This document shows positions 48,900 to 57,218 of a stretch of DNA of 57,655 nucleotides, one piece after another. The translations under genes were made by a program, and so were the position numbers. How positions within the stretch are numbered: the stretch's first letter is position 1; every line of letters starts with the position of its first letter. Source of the stretch: Treponema sp. (GTDB lineage: Bacteria; Spirochaetota; Spirochaetia; Treponematales; Breznakiellaceae); assembly GCA_031263265.1 (NCBI GenBank), contig JAISGE010000182.1, positions 1-57,655 on the forward strand. The letters run 5' to 3'. The notes below the pieces were generated by a model, which was not told where the DNA came from, made no database searches, and saw only the letters and a program-made list of their open reading frames with translations.

Positions 48900-50411
48900 C
48901 TATACGTTTTCATATCCAGCACGAGCCGCATGAACAGCGAGTACCACATCGGTGAGCCGTTCCAGGCCACAGGCCCGGGAACCTTTTAACAGAACCAGAT
49001 CACCAGGCTGAATCTGGTTCGTAAGCATCTGGGATAAGCAAGAGAACCTATCGGTATAAGAGAAACCAAGCGCTTGACCTTGAGCGATCCGGACCTGTTC
49101 CAAGGCCGCTGCCGCGTCTTGCGTTTCGGATCCAAAAAAACAAATCCAATCAGCCTTGGAAGCTGCTAAGGCCCGGCCAAGTCCTGCGTGGGCCTCAAGG
49201 GAAGCGCTTCCCAGTTCAAGCATGGAACCGATTACATAAATCCGTCGTCCTTGCCAGTCAAGGCGGTCACAAAATGCAATGGCTTCCTGCATTGATTCTG
49301 GGTTGGCATTATAACAATCCTGGATCACCGTAACCGAGCCTCGAAGAATCTCGCTACGGCCAAAGAGGGGCTGTACCGATTCCAGACCTTCCCGTATTGC
49401 CTTTGAACTGACCGGGACTTCCCGGACTATGGCAAGCGCTGATACAAGGTTCCGTATATTGTGCTTTCCCGAAAGCCGGCAATGAACCGGCTTACCCTCC
49501 CACTTCAGGTCAATCCCTTCAAGACCTCGATCATGGAGATCCTCCAGTTCCTCGAATGACCGGGGGCCATAGAAACAGACCCTTCCCTTGATACCTTCCG
49601 CAAGAAAATCCCGATAAGGCTCATCCTCAGGGATTAATGCCTGTTCATTCCCAGAGAATGCGGAAAATATCCCCTTTTTTTCCTGAGCAATAGCCTGCTT
49701 ACTCCCAAGTATACCGATATGAGCGGATCCAATATTGGTAATGAGGGCAATATGGGGTTTAAGGATCTGGGCCAGTTCCCCTATTTCCCCTACCCGGTTC
49801 ATACCCATTTCAAATATCCCTACCCGATGCTGAGGACGCACCATAAAAACCGACAAGGGAAGCCCGGTCTCAGAATTCAGGTTACCTTGGTTCATGATCA
49901 CCGGTTGTTCTTTGCTTATTATCGAAGCGGTAATCTCCTTAGTGGTGGTTTTCCCTGATGAACCGGTAATACCAATTCTGAGCAAGCCCGGAAACTGAGT
50001 CAGATAATAAGCCGCGGCTTGTTGAAGACCCCGCAAGGTATCTTCGACCACCAAAAGCAGGCCCCGGGCTTCCCGGGCCTGATACACCAGATCTAAGGTT
50101 GGATCTTCAAAGCAAGAACGAGCAACCATAGCCGCAATTGCGCCTGCAGCAAACGCAGCACCGACATACCGATGCCCATCTTGGATCGTGCCTACCAGGG
50201 CTACGAAGAAGGCCCCCGGTACCACCTGCCGGGAATCAATGCATACCGATGAACACACGGTATTGATTGAACTTGAGGCTCCTTGAAAAGAAATAAGCCG
50301 TGCCCCGATTGCCTTGGCTACATCGGCAAAATCCATCTGCATCCCCGGGTCTCTTGATACGTGTTCTTCTCTTTGTTCTATCTGTCCTGTCTCCTGCTGA
50401 GGATTATCCAT
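48900..50411 (-). CDS. murF: UDP-N-acetylmuramoyl-tripeptide--D-alanyl-D-alanine ligase
   Basis: Mur ligase P-loop 'GITGSSGKTTTKE'. Start uncertain: ATG 50411 overlaps the ftsL stop, and ATG 50342 is an alternative. Confidence 0.85.
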   Translation of the reverse strand: MDNPQQETGQIEQREEHVSRDPGMQMDFADVAKAIGARLISFQGASSSINTVCSSVCIDSRQVVPGAFFVALVGTIQDGHRYVGAAFAAGAIAAMVARSCFEDPTLDLVYQAREARGLLLVVEDTLRGLQQAAAYYLTQFPGLLRIGITGSSGKTTTKEITASIISKEQPVIMNQGNLNSETGLPLSVFMVRPQHRVGIFEMGMNRVGEIGELAQILKPHIALITNIGSAHIGILGSKQAIAQEKKGIFSAFSGNEQALIPEDEPYRDFLAEGIKGRVCFYGPRSFEELEDLHDRGLEGIDLKWEGKPVHCRLSGKHNIRNLVSALAIVREVPVSSKAIREGLESVQPLFGRSEILRGSVTVIQDCYNANPESMQEAIAFCDRLDWQGRRIYVIGSMLELGSASLEAHAGLGRALAASKADWICFFGSETQDAAAALEQVRIAQGQALGFSYTDRFSCLSQMLTNQIQPGDLVLLKGSRACGLERLTDVVLAVHAARAGYENV

Positions 50412-50697
50412 CAAGGCCCTTGCTCCTTTCAATCCGAATCTGTAATACATTTTCAGGATGTATTTTTGATAAGCCTAATTCATTTCTCGCAATTTTTTCT
50501 ATTCGCTCGGGAGACGAAAGCACGGCAATTCCCGCGATGAGGTTTTTATTGTTTTCTATCCATGCTTCTTGATCCGCTTCCAGTTGCTCCACTTGCCGTT
50601 CTAAGGCGGCATACCGGGAAGATTGCCATGCACTAAGACCTAAAAGTAGCGGGATGGTAAGCGCAATAATATATAAGATTACGAGCTGCCCTTTCAC
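50404..50697 (-). CDS. ftsL: FtsL-like septum formation protein
   Basis: 97 aa with one N-terminal TM helix then a coiled coil. Conserved slot between rsmH and the mur genes. Confidence 0.55.
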   Translation of the reverse strand: MKGQLVILYIIALTIPLLLGLSAWQSSRYAALERQVEQLEADQEAWIENNKNLIAGIAVLSSPERIEKIARNELGLSKIHPENVLQIRIERSKGLDG

Positions 50698-50710
50698 TGC
50701 ATCCCCTTAT

Positions 50711-51679
50711 TCACTGCATCTCTTTATACCTAAGAGACACCTCATCCGCTACTTTTTCCACTACCCTGAGCCTTGCACTTCGAGAGGACGGATTATTTCG
50801 TATTTCATCCACTCCAGGGGAGATACCCTTTCGGCAAAGCACATTAACACTGCTTCCACCCCTATATTTAGGTATCGGTTGTTTCTGCGCACTGGTATAA
50901 TCCTGACCCTTTGCTCGAAAAAAATGTTTAACAATCCGGTCTTCCAGGGAGTGAAAAGAGATAACCCCCATACGTCCTCCGAGTTTAAGCGCGCCTAAAG
51001 CCCTTTCCAGAAGTTCCTCAAGCCGGGTAAGCTCGCCATTCACCGCAATACGCAGGGCCTGAAAAGTCCTGGTGGCAGGATGAATACTTCCCCGGTACCG
51101 CATGGGCACTGCCCGGACTACCAGTTCCGCCAAAGCTCCAGAACGGCTTATTCTTCCACGGGACTTAGCTTCCGTAATACTTCGGGCAATCCGCCTGGCA
51201 TACCGTTCCTCCCCATAGGTATACAACAGATCTGCCAAGGCTTTTTCAGAGAGACCTGCTATGAGTTCTGCTGCCGCAATGCCCTTGGTTCTGTCGATCC
51301 GCATATCCAGGACTTCGTCCCGCAGGAAGCTAAAGCCCCGCCCTCCCTGCTCATAATGATACCGGCTTACCCCTAAATCAATGAGTATGGTATCTGGTTT
51401 TTCATAAGAAGGATCTGCAAAAAAATCATGAGACCATCCAGTATACCACTGAACCCGCTCTTCAAATGCTTTCAGCCGGTTCCTGGCTACTTCCTGTATT
51501 TTCCAATCCGCGTCAATACCAATAAGTCGCAGATCCGGAAACCGGGATAAAAACGCATAACTATGCCCCCCCTCTCCTACTGTCGCATCAATCATCAATT
51601 CCCCCGGCTGACGGGGGGCAAGGAATTGCATGGTCTCTTCCAGCAAAACCGGAGTATGAACAATTTCCATATACTCCAT
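50711..51679 (-). CDS. rsmH: 16S rRNA (cytosine1402-N4)-methyltransferase RsmH/MraW
   Basis: 'HTPVLLEE' and SAM-binding 'IDATVGEGGHS'. Confidence 0.92.
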   Translation of the reverse strand: MEYMEIVHTPVLLEETMQFLAPRQPGELMIDATVGEGGHSYAFLSRFPDLRLIGIDADWKIQEVARNRLKAFEERVQWYTGWSHDFFADPSYEKPDTILIDLGVSRYHYEQGGRGFSFLRDEVLDMRIDRTKGIAAAELIAGLSEKALADLLYTYGEERYARRIARSITEAKSRGRISRSGALAELVVRAVPMRYRGSIHPATRTFQALRIAVNGELTRLEELLERALGALKLGGRMGVISFHSLEDRIVKHFFRAKGQDYTSAQKQPIPKYRGGSSVNVLCRKGISPGVDEIRNNPSSRSARLRVVEKVADEVSLRYKEMQ

Positions 51680-51855
51680 TCCTGTTTAACCCTGGTTGTT
51701 TATGTACCCGGTACCAGGTAAACCTTTGAACACGTTAGAAAATCAACCGTATAGTAATGAAGCATAGGTACATAGCTTATAAAATACAAGGCTTGACAGA
51801 TAGTTTTAATTCCCTTGACCACCTTCTTGGTGCTTTCTCCATATACCCTTTTCGC

Positions 51856-51897
51856 GATTTAGGTGGAAAAACTCACCTTTAGACCGCTTTTCCTTAA
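51856..51897 (-). repeat. 42-nt conserved element, copy 2 (leader upstream of rsmH)
   Basis: gatttaggtggaaaaactcacctttagaccgcttttccttaa. The stem change gives a G-U pair on the minus strand only. Confidence 0.85.
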
Positions 51898-51972
51898 GCT
51901 CATAATAAGCAGCAGGAATTCGATACGCTAGGAACCTGTAAAACTTTCGGGGATCTTTGGAAAATTTACAAA

Positions 51973-52002
51973 ATTATATGATTTTGAGGCAAACCCTGAC
52001 AA
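51973..52002 (-). promoter_or_regulatory. Sigma70-type promoter candidate for the rsmH/dcw array
   Basis: The minus strand reads TTGTCA-18 nt-TATAAT. This would give a leader of about 287 nt. A weaker TTGTAT-17-TATGCT lies closer to rsmH. Confidence 0.4.
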
Positions 52003-52087
52003 ACTCCTTGTTTATCTACATTAGATATTCATTTAACCTCGAGACTCCGTCAAGGCCCCCTGATAAAAAAGAGATGCAGCGCAACCA

Positions 52088-52132
52088 TAAAAAAAGGTTA
52101 GGGATTCCGTGATTTACACCACTTTCCCTAAC
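52088..52132 (-). terminator. Rho-independent terminator after the FlaA-like pair
   Basis: Minus strand GTTAGGGA...TCCCTAAC (8-bp stem) followed by CTTTTTTTAT. Confidence 0.7.
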
Positions 52133-52178
52133 CCGCTTTTTTTCAAAACATCCGTACTAGGCTTTGAACTTCCCGGTT

Positions 52179-52907
52179 TTACCAAGCATCAGCCATATCA
52201 TCCGGATCTCGGTTGTTCTCAGGGAACAGGTCTGTAACGGCCCGAAGATCATCCAAGTAAAAATAGTACGTCCCTACTGTTTCTGAAGGATCACAATCAA
52301 CCCTGAACCCAGTAACCTTAATACCTAAATAATTATTGTAATGATAATTCCGCTGTACAATACCGGTTCTCCCATCATAAGCCTGGGGAGGAATCGCTAC
52401 AGTCAGCTTTTTCCATCCCTGAAAATTCAACTTACCCATAGAAAGCTCAAAGGGACGCCCAAGAGAATCCTGGATAAGGAGCTTTAATTCATGATTAAAG
52501 TTACGTCCAACTGCCCATACGGAAATAGTCTTGGTTATTCCCTCAATAGGAATAGGCCGCAAGGGAGTCAGGGTAAAACTGGCATGACCTCGGTGAAGAA
52601 AATCAACCCGGGTACCCAATACATGCTGATCAGGAATATCTAGTCCCTCTTCTTCCGCTAGAGGCTCTTTCCCTGCTGGCGCTCCTTCAAAGAGCCGAGA
52701 ACTGGTAAATCCATTGTCAACTGAAATGGTAGAGCGCCAATATCCATCATGCTCGAATTTATCAACCGAAACCTCTTTCAGGTTCTGCTGAGCTGCATCA
52801 ATCCCAATCCGACTTGGATCCGTGGAACCCACTGCTCCGTCTTGAGTCTGGGCAAACAATGCCCCACTCAATAAAAGACACAAGGCTATACCGCTTAATC
52901 GCTTCAT
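52179..52907 (-). CDS. FlaA-like flagellar filament outer-layer (sheath) protein, short paralog
   Basis: Signal peptide MKRLSGIALCLLLSGALFAQ. Family-like core 'ISVWAVGRNFNHELKLLIQDSLGRPFELSMGKLNFQGWKKL'. Assignment is from remembered family pattern only. Confidence 0.6.
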   Translation of the reverse strand: MKRLSGIALCLLLSGALFAQTQDGAVGSTDPSRIGIDAAQQNLKEVSVDKFEHDGYWRSTISVDNGFTSSRLFEGAPAGKEPLAEEEGLDIPDQHVLGTRVDFLHRGHASFTLTPLRPIPIEGITKTISVWAVGRNFNHELKLLIQDSLGRPFELSMGKLNFQGWKKLTVAIPPQAYDGRTGIVQRNYHYNNYLGIKVTGFRVDCDPSETVGTYYFYLDDLRAVTDLFPENNRDPDDMADAW

Positions 52908-53656
52908 TAAAGCCCTCCCTCACTATTCCAGAATTCCTGCACCCGAGCAGGATTTGCCAGCTCATCGCCATCATAAGGCGCCTCAAAGGTATCGGTAAGC
53001 ACCTTGAGCTGATCAAAATAAATATAGAAGTTATCTACCTGTTCATTGGGCGCTGTCCATATCCTGAATTTGACAAACGTTAAGGGAGCAAGCCGAGGAA
53101 GAACCTGTTTGACCTGAGGGAAATTCCTAGGTATCGCAACCTGCAAATTTTTCCACCCCTGATAGGCGATAGATCCCAAATCAACCGCATGAATTACCCC
53201 CTGATAATCCCGCAGATAAGCTTCTATATGGTAATTAAGGTTAGATCCCCATACCCACATATCCAGATACCGAACCCGGCCGGGAATAGGAATTTCAACC
53301 GGTGCTCCATCTTCATCGCCTGTGGCTACCGGATACACATCCACCCAGTTATACCCTCGACGATCAAAACGGCCCCAAATACCAAGACTCTTCAGGTCTG
53401 CCCCATCAGGATTAGCCCCAAAAAGTGCTGCAGGCCATGTACCAACGTATGTCACCTTAGGGAATGAATCTTCATCGGTTTTCGTGGCGAATTTACTTCC
53501 CTCAACCTTCCAGTCATACAGAGACTCTTCGTTATTATCAAAGGTCTCCAAAATCCTGGATTCAAGAGCCACTGCCTGCTCATCACCAAAAGCTGATAAT
53601 ACTGCTATACATGCCAAAAAAATTAGGCAAATAGCCCTGAAACTACCATGTTTCAT
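52907..53656 (-). CDS. FlaA-like flagellar filament outer-layer (sheath) protein, short paralog
   Basis: Signal peptide MKHGSFRAICLIFLACIAVLSAFG. Core 'LDMWVWGSNLNYHIEAYLRDYQGVIHAVDLGSIAYQGWKNL' parallels the neighbour. TAATG stop/start overlap with the downstream paralog. Confidence 0.6.
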   Translation of the reverse strand: MKHGSFRAICLIFLACIAVLSAFGDEQAVALESRILETFDNNEESLYDWKVEGSKFATKTDEDSFPKVTYVGTWPAALFGANPDGADLKSLGIWGRFDRRGYNWVDVYPVATGDEDGAPVEIPIPGRVRYLDMWVWGSNLNYHIEAYLRDYQGVIHAVDLGSIAYQGWKNLQVAIPRNFPQVKQVLPRLAPLTFVKFRIWTAPNEQVDNFYIYFDQLKVLTDTFEAPYDGDELANPARVQEFWNSEGGL

Positions 53657-53699
53657 TCTATACTCCTTTTCAACGTAGGGAACTTTAAGATCAAATAAT

Positions 53700-53728
53700 A
53701 GTATACTTACTTATAAGACCTTTGTCAA
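53700..53728 (-). promoter_or_regulatory. Sigma70-type promoter candidate for the FlaA-like gene pair
   Basis: The minus strand reads TTGACA-17 nt-TATACT, about 44 nt upstream of ATG 53656. Confidence 0.6.
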
Positions 53729-53779
53729 ACCTCTTCAAGTATATATTATTTTAATTCACTTGTGCAATAGTTTTTTTGA

Positions 53780-54703
53780 TTAAAGCATACTCCCAGGAAG
53801 TGCTTTTTTTAAACGGCCCAAAACCTCCTTATTACCTATTCGCTGCCCCGGAATTACCCATTCCGAAGGAACAACCTCTCCCTGCCTCCCCGGTATCATG
53901 GCTACCGTTTTTTTAACCACTGCCCATGGGGAGTCATCAAACACAAGCTTAACCGCGCTTGAGGTTAGATCAGGATCCACCCAAGAAAACAAAATGACCG
54001 GTATCTCAAGATTCCGCTCAAGAAAAGAACTTGCCCGTCCTTGTATCACCACACAGGAAATATTATGTATATCGGCATAATCTTGGTTTATATTGAGATA
54101 TTGCGGCTCTTTTGTAAACCCCTGCTCACGAAGTCCTATACTAAAGGCTTCTCGATATTCGGTGGAAATTCCTTCGCTTTGAAAAAATAGAACCTCCCCC
54201 TGAAGGGTCGACCCTTCCCCATCCTCCTGGGTCTTTTGTCGGGCCATAATGCCCGCGCAGATCCCTGCCCGGTACAGATCCAACTGAGCATCGGTTCCCA
54301 CAAAAATCGCCCCTGCTACCTCGGGATCCCGATTTCTGCCTCCCAAGATAAAAACAGGAACCTGGGGAAATTGAGCTACATACCGTTCAGCCCCTTCATA
54401 ATACCGGTAAGGGAACAACACCCCATAAGGGGAAGCATGGGCTTCCTCTACTGCAAAGCTCACCATATCCGGGCCTGCATTATCCCCGATGAGCACCGGC
54501 TTAAGCTGCCGTAACATCCTGATGCTGGTTTCCAGACGTTTTATCCCGGTCCTCCGAAGACCATACAGGGTATTAAAGGGGGCATCCGTAACGAACAGTA
54601 CCGGCGCTCGGAACCAAAAGACCCCTCCCAGCAATCCCGCTACGAGCATCCCCATACCGAGAAGGATGTATCCTTTTCTGTTTCTGAACCCCAGGCTTCT
54701 CAT
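53780..54703 (-). CDS. Hypothetical membrane-anchored protein
   Basis: 307-aa ORF with an N-terminal TM helix (YILLGMGMLVAGLLGGVFWF). No motif I recognise. Confidence 0.5.
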   Translation of the reverse strand: MRSLGFRNRKGYILLGMGMLVAGLLGGVFWFRAPVLFVTDAPFNTLYGLRRTGIKRLETSIRMLRQLKPVLIGDNAGPDMVSFAVEEAHASPYGVLFPYRYYEGAERYVAQFPQVPVFILGGRNRDPEVAGAIFVGTDAQLDLYRAGICAGIMARQKTQEDGEGSTLQGEVLFFQSEGISTEYREAFSIGLREQGFTKEPQYLNINQDYADIHNISCVVIQGRASSFLERNLEIPVILFSWVDPDLTSSAVKLVFDDSPWAVVKKTVAMIPGRQGEVVPSEWVIPGQRIGNKEVLGRLKKALPGSML

Positions 54704-54828
54704 GCTTAAACCATAATCCGGTTCAAGGAGTTCTGTAAAGGAGGCGCATAAAGTTTCATCTTGGTTTTATGCGCCCTCTATGGTATCATGGAATACATTA
54801 CATTTTTCGCTTGTACAAGGGGATTATC

Positions 54829-56445
54829 ATGCGTTTAAACAACACCGAATTGGGGAATCCTTCCCCATGGGAAAAAGCCGGCATTGAGCTGCCTCATTTT
54901 GACCGGAGCGCCATGATCGAGGCTACCAAGAAAGGGCCTGAATGGGTACATTTTGGAGCGGGTAACATATTTCGGGCTTTCCTCGCTGCCCTTCAGCAGG
55001 ATCTCTTGGATAAGGGGATGGCCAAGACCGGTATCATCGTAGCTGCGGGTTACGACGGGGAGATAATCGACCTGGCATATCGGCCCTACGACAACCTAAG
55101 CATGGCCGTAACCCTGAAAGCCGATGGGACCATACAAAAACGGGTCATCGCCAGCATAGCAGAAGCCCTGCGTATGGACAAACCAGATGATTTTGCCAGA
55201 CTCAAACAGATTTTCCGTTCTCCCTCCTTACAAATGGTTAGCCTGACGATTACCGAAAAGGGGTATGACCTCAGCCGCGCGGGTGAAATGCTCCCTGAGG
55301 TGAAGGCGGATTTTCTCAAAGGGCCGGGTGCAGAACTTACCAGCTATATCGGAAGACTTGCAGGGCTTTGTTATGAACGGTATCAAGCGGGAAAGCTGCC
55401 GGTAGCTCTGGTCAGCATGGACAACTGTTCCCATAACGGGGATAAACTCTTTAAGGCGGTGGAGGCGTTCGCGGTGCAATGGACCGAAACAGACCGGGCG
55501 GATCCGGGTTTTCTTGCCTATATCCGGAATCCCAAGCAGGTTTCCTTTCCCTGGACCATGATCGATAAGATCACCCCTCGGCCTGATGAAGGGGTCAAGA
55601 ACATGCTCCTTGAGGCGGGATGTATTGATATGGAGGGACAGCTTACTTCCAAGCATACCCGGGTGGCTCCTTTTGTGAATGCCGAAGAAGCCCAGTACCT
55701 GGTCATTGAGGATACCTTTCCCGCAGGACCTCCTGGCTTGAAAAAACTGGAACATGGAGGGGTCTTCTTCACAGACCAAAAAACCGTTGACCAGGTGGAA
55801 CGGATGAAGGTCTGTACCTGTCTCAATCCCCTGCATACGGCCCTGGCGGTTTTCGGCTGTCTTTTGGGGTACACCAAGATCAGCGACGAGATGAAGAACC
55901 CCGATCTGGTAAAACTGGTAGAAGGTATCGGGTATAAAGAAGGGCTGCCGGTGGTGGCGGATCCCGGCATCCTCTCTCCCAAGGCGTTTATTGATCAGGT
56001 ATTACAGGTACGGTTTCCCAATCCTTTCATGCCTGATACCCCTCAGCGGATCGCCACCGATACTTCCCTTAAAATCCCCATCCGTTTTGGGGAGACCATC
56101 AAGGCCTATCTTAACAGCAAGACCCTGAAGGTGCAGGATCTCAAGCTCATTCCCCTGGTATTGGCCGGTTGGATCCGGTATCTCTTGGGAGTAGACGATA
56201 CCGGTGCAGCCTTCACCGTAAGCCCCGATCCCTTGTATGAGTCTTTGGCCAAGTCTTTAGCTGCTTTGCATCTGGGACAGCCGGGGCCTTTCCATGAGGT
56301 TTTGGCGCCTATCTTATCAGACCAGCGGATCTTTGCGGTCAATCTCTACGAAGCAGGTCTTGGGGAACGAGTAGAACAGTACTTTGCAGAACTCATGGCA
56401 GGCCCTGGGGCGGTGGCAAACACCTTGAAGCGGCATCTGTTCTGA
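54829..56445 (+). CDS. Mannitol-dehydrogenase-family oxidoreductase (fructuronate/altronate reductase-like)
   Basis: N-terminal Rossmann 'VHFGAGNIFRAF', long-chain MDH length. Start set to ATG 54829 (MRLNNTE), preceded by AAGGGGA. Confidence 0.8.
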   Translation: MRLNNTELGNPSPWEKAGIELPHFDRSAMIEATKKGPEWVHFGAGNIFRAFLAALQQDLLDKGMAKTGIIVAAGYDGEIIDLAYRPYDNLSMAVTLKADGTIQKRVIASIAEALRMDKPDDFARLKQIFRSPSLQMVSLTITEKGYDLSRAGEMLPEVKADFLKGPGAELTSYIGRLAGLCYERYQAGKLPVALVSMDNCSHNGDKLFKAVEAFAVQWTETDRADPGFLAYIRNPKQVSFPWTMIDKITPRPDEGVKNMLLEAGCIDMEGQLTSKHTRVAPFVNAEEAQYLVIEDTFPAGPPGLKKLEHGGVFFTDQKTVDQVERMKVCTCLNPLHTALAVFGCLLGYTKISDEMKNPDLVKLVEGIGYKEGLPVVADPGILSPKAFIDQVLQVRFPNPFMPDTPQRIATDTSLKIPIRFGETIKAYLNSKTLKVQDLKLIPLVLAGWIRYLLGVDDTGAAFTVSPDPLYESLAKSLAALHLGQPGPFHEVLAPILSDQRIFAVNLYEAGLGERVEQYFAELMAGPGAVANTLKRHLF

Positions 56446-56462
56446 TACTGGATGGGAGTTTG

Positions 56463-56500
56463 GGTTAATCCTTCACACCCTAAGGAGTGGAGGATTAACC
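56463..56500. terminator. Long inverted repeat between convergent oxidoreductase gene and larB
   Basis: GGTTAATCCT...AGGATTAACC (10/10, extendable to about 14 bp). The right arm overlaps the larB stop codon. There are no U-tracts. Confidence 0.45.
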
Positions 56501-57202
56501 GTAAGCGGTTTTGGCTTGTTTGCAGGCCAATTTATTTATCAGATTCGCCTGGTAACCCGCGCCAAAGCCGTTATCAATGTTCACCACGGAAATACCTGGT
56601 GCACAGGAACTGAGCATCCCCAGCAGCGCGGAAAGCCCACCAAAAGAAGCCCCATAGCCAACACTGGTAGGCAAGGCAATGACCGGCGCCGCAACTAAAC
56701 CGGCCACAACTCCGGCTAACGCGCCTTCCATGCCTGCTACGGCAATAATGACGTTGGCCTTTCGGATCTCCGGGAGCCGGTCAAAGAGGCGGTGTATCCC
56801 TGCAATTCCCACATCGGTAATCAAGGTAACGGTACTGCCGAAAAATTCCGCGGTCCGTACTGCTTCACGGGCAATCCCCAGGTCAGACGTACCTGCAGCC
56901 ACCACCGCAATGAGTCCCTGCCGTTCGGCAGGGCTGCATAAACTCCCTACGCTTATAATCCGGGCCAGGGCATCGTATTCCACATCAGGAAGCCTCTGGG
57001 CAATCCGCTCTGCCAATGCCGGGTCCACCTTGGTCCCCAACACAGGAATTCCTTGTTCCCGCATACGGATGATGATACGCGCGGATTGTTCCAGGGTTTT
57101 CCCCGCGCAATATACCACTTCAGGATACCCGGTTCGTTCACTCCTCTGGCTATCAATCACGGCAAAATCAAACGCTTCGGTATCAGCAGGTAGATTCGTC
57201 AT
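56495..57202 (-). CDS. larB: LarB-like nickel-pincer cofactor biosynthesis protein (PurE-fold carboxylase/hydrolase)
   Basis: PurE-like C-terminal half 'VAGMEGALAGVVAGLVAAPVIALPTSVGYG'. Confidence 0.8.
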   Translation of the reverse strand: MTNLPADTEAFDFAVIDSQRSERTGYPEVVYCAGKTLEQSARIIIRMREQGIPVLGTKVDPALAERIAQRLPDVEYDALARIISVGSLCSPAERQGLIAVVAAGTSDLGIAREAVRTAEFFGSTVTLITDVGIAGIHRLFDRLPEIRKANVIIAVAGMEGALAGVVAGLVAAPVIALPTSVGYGASFGGLSALLGMLSSCAPGISVVNIDNGFGAGYQANLINKLACKQAKTAYG

Positions 57203-57218
57203 CTTCTAAACATCCGGC

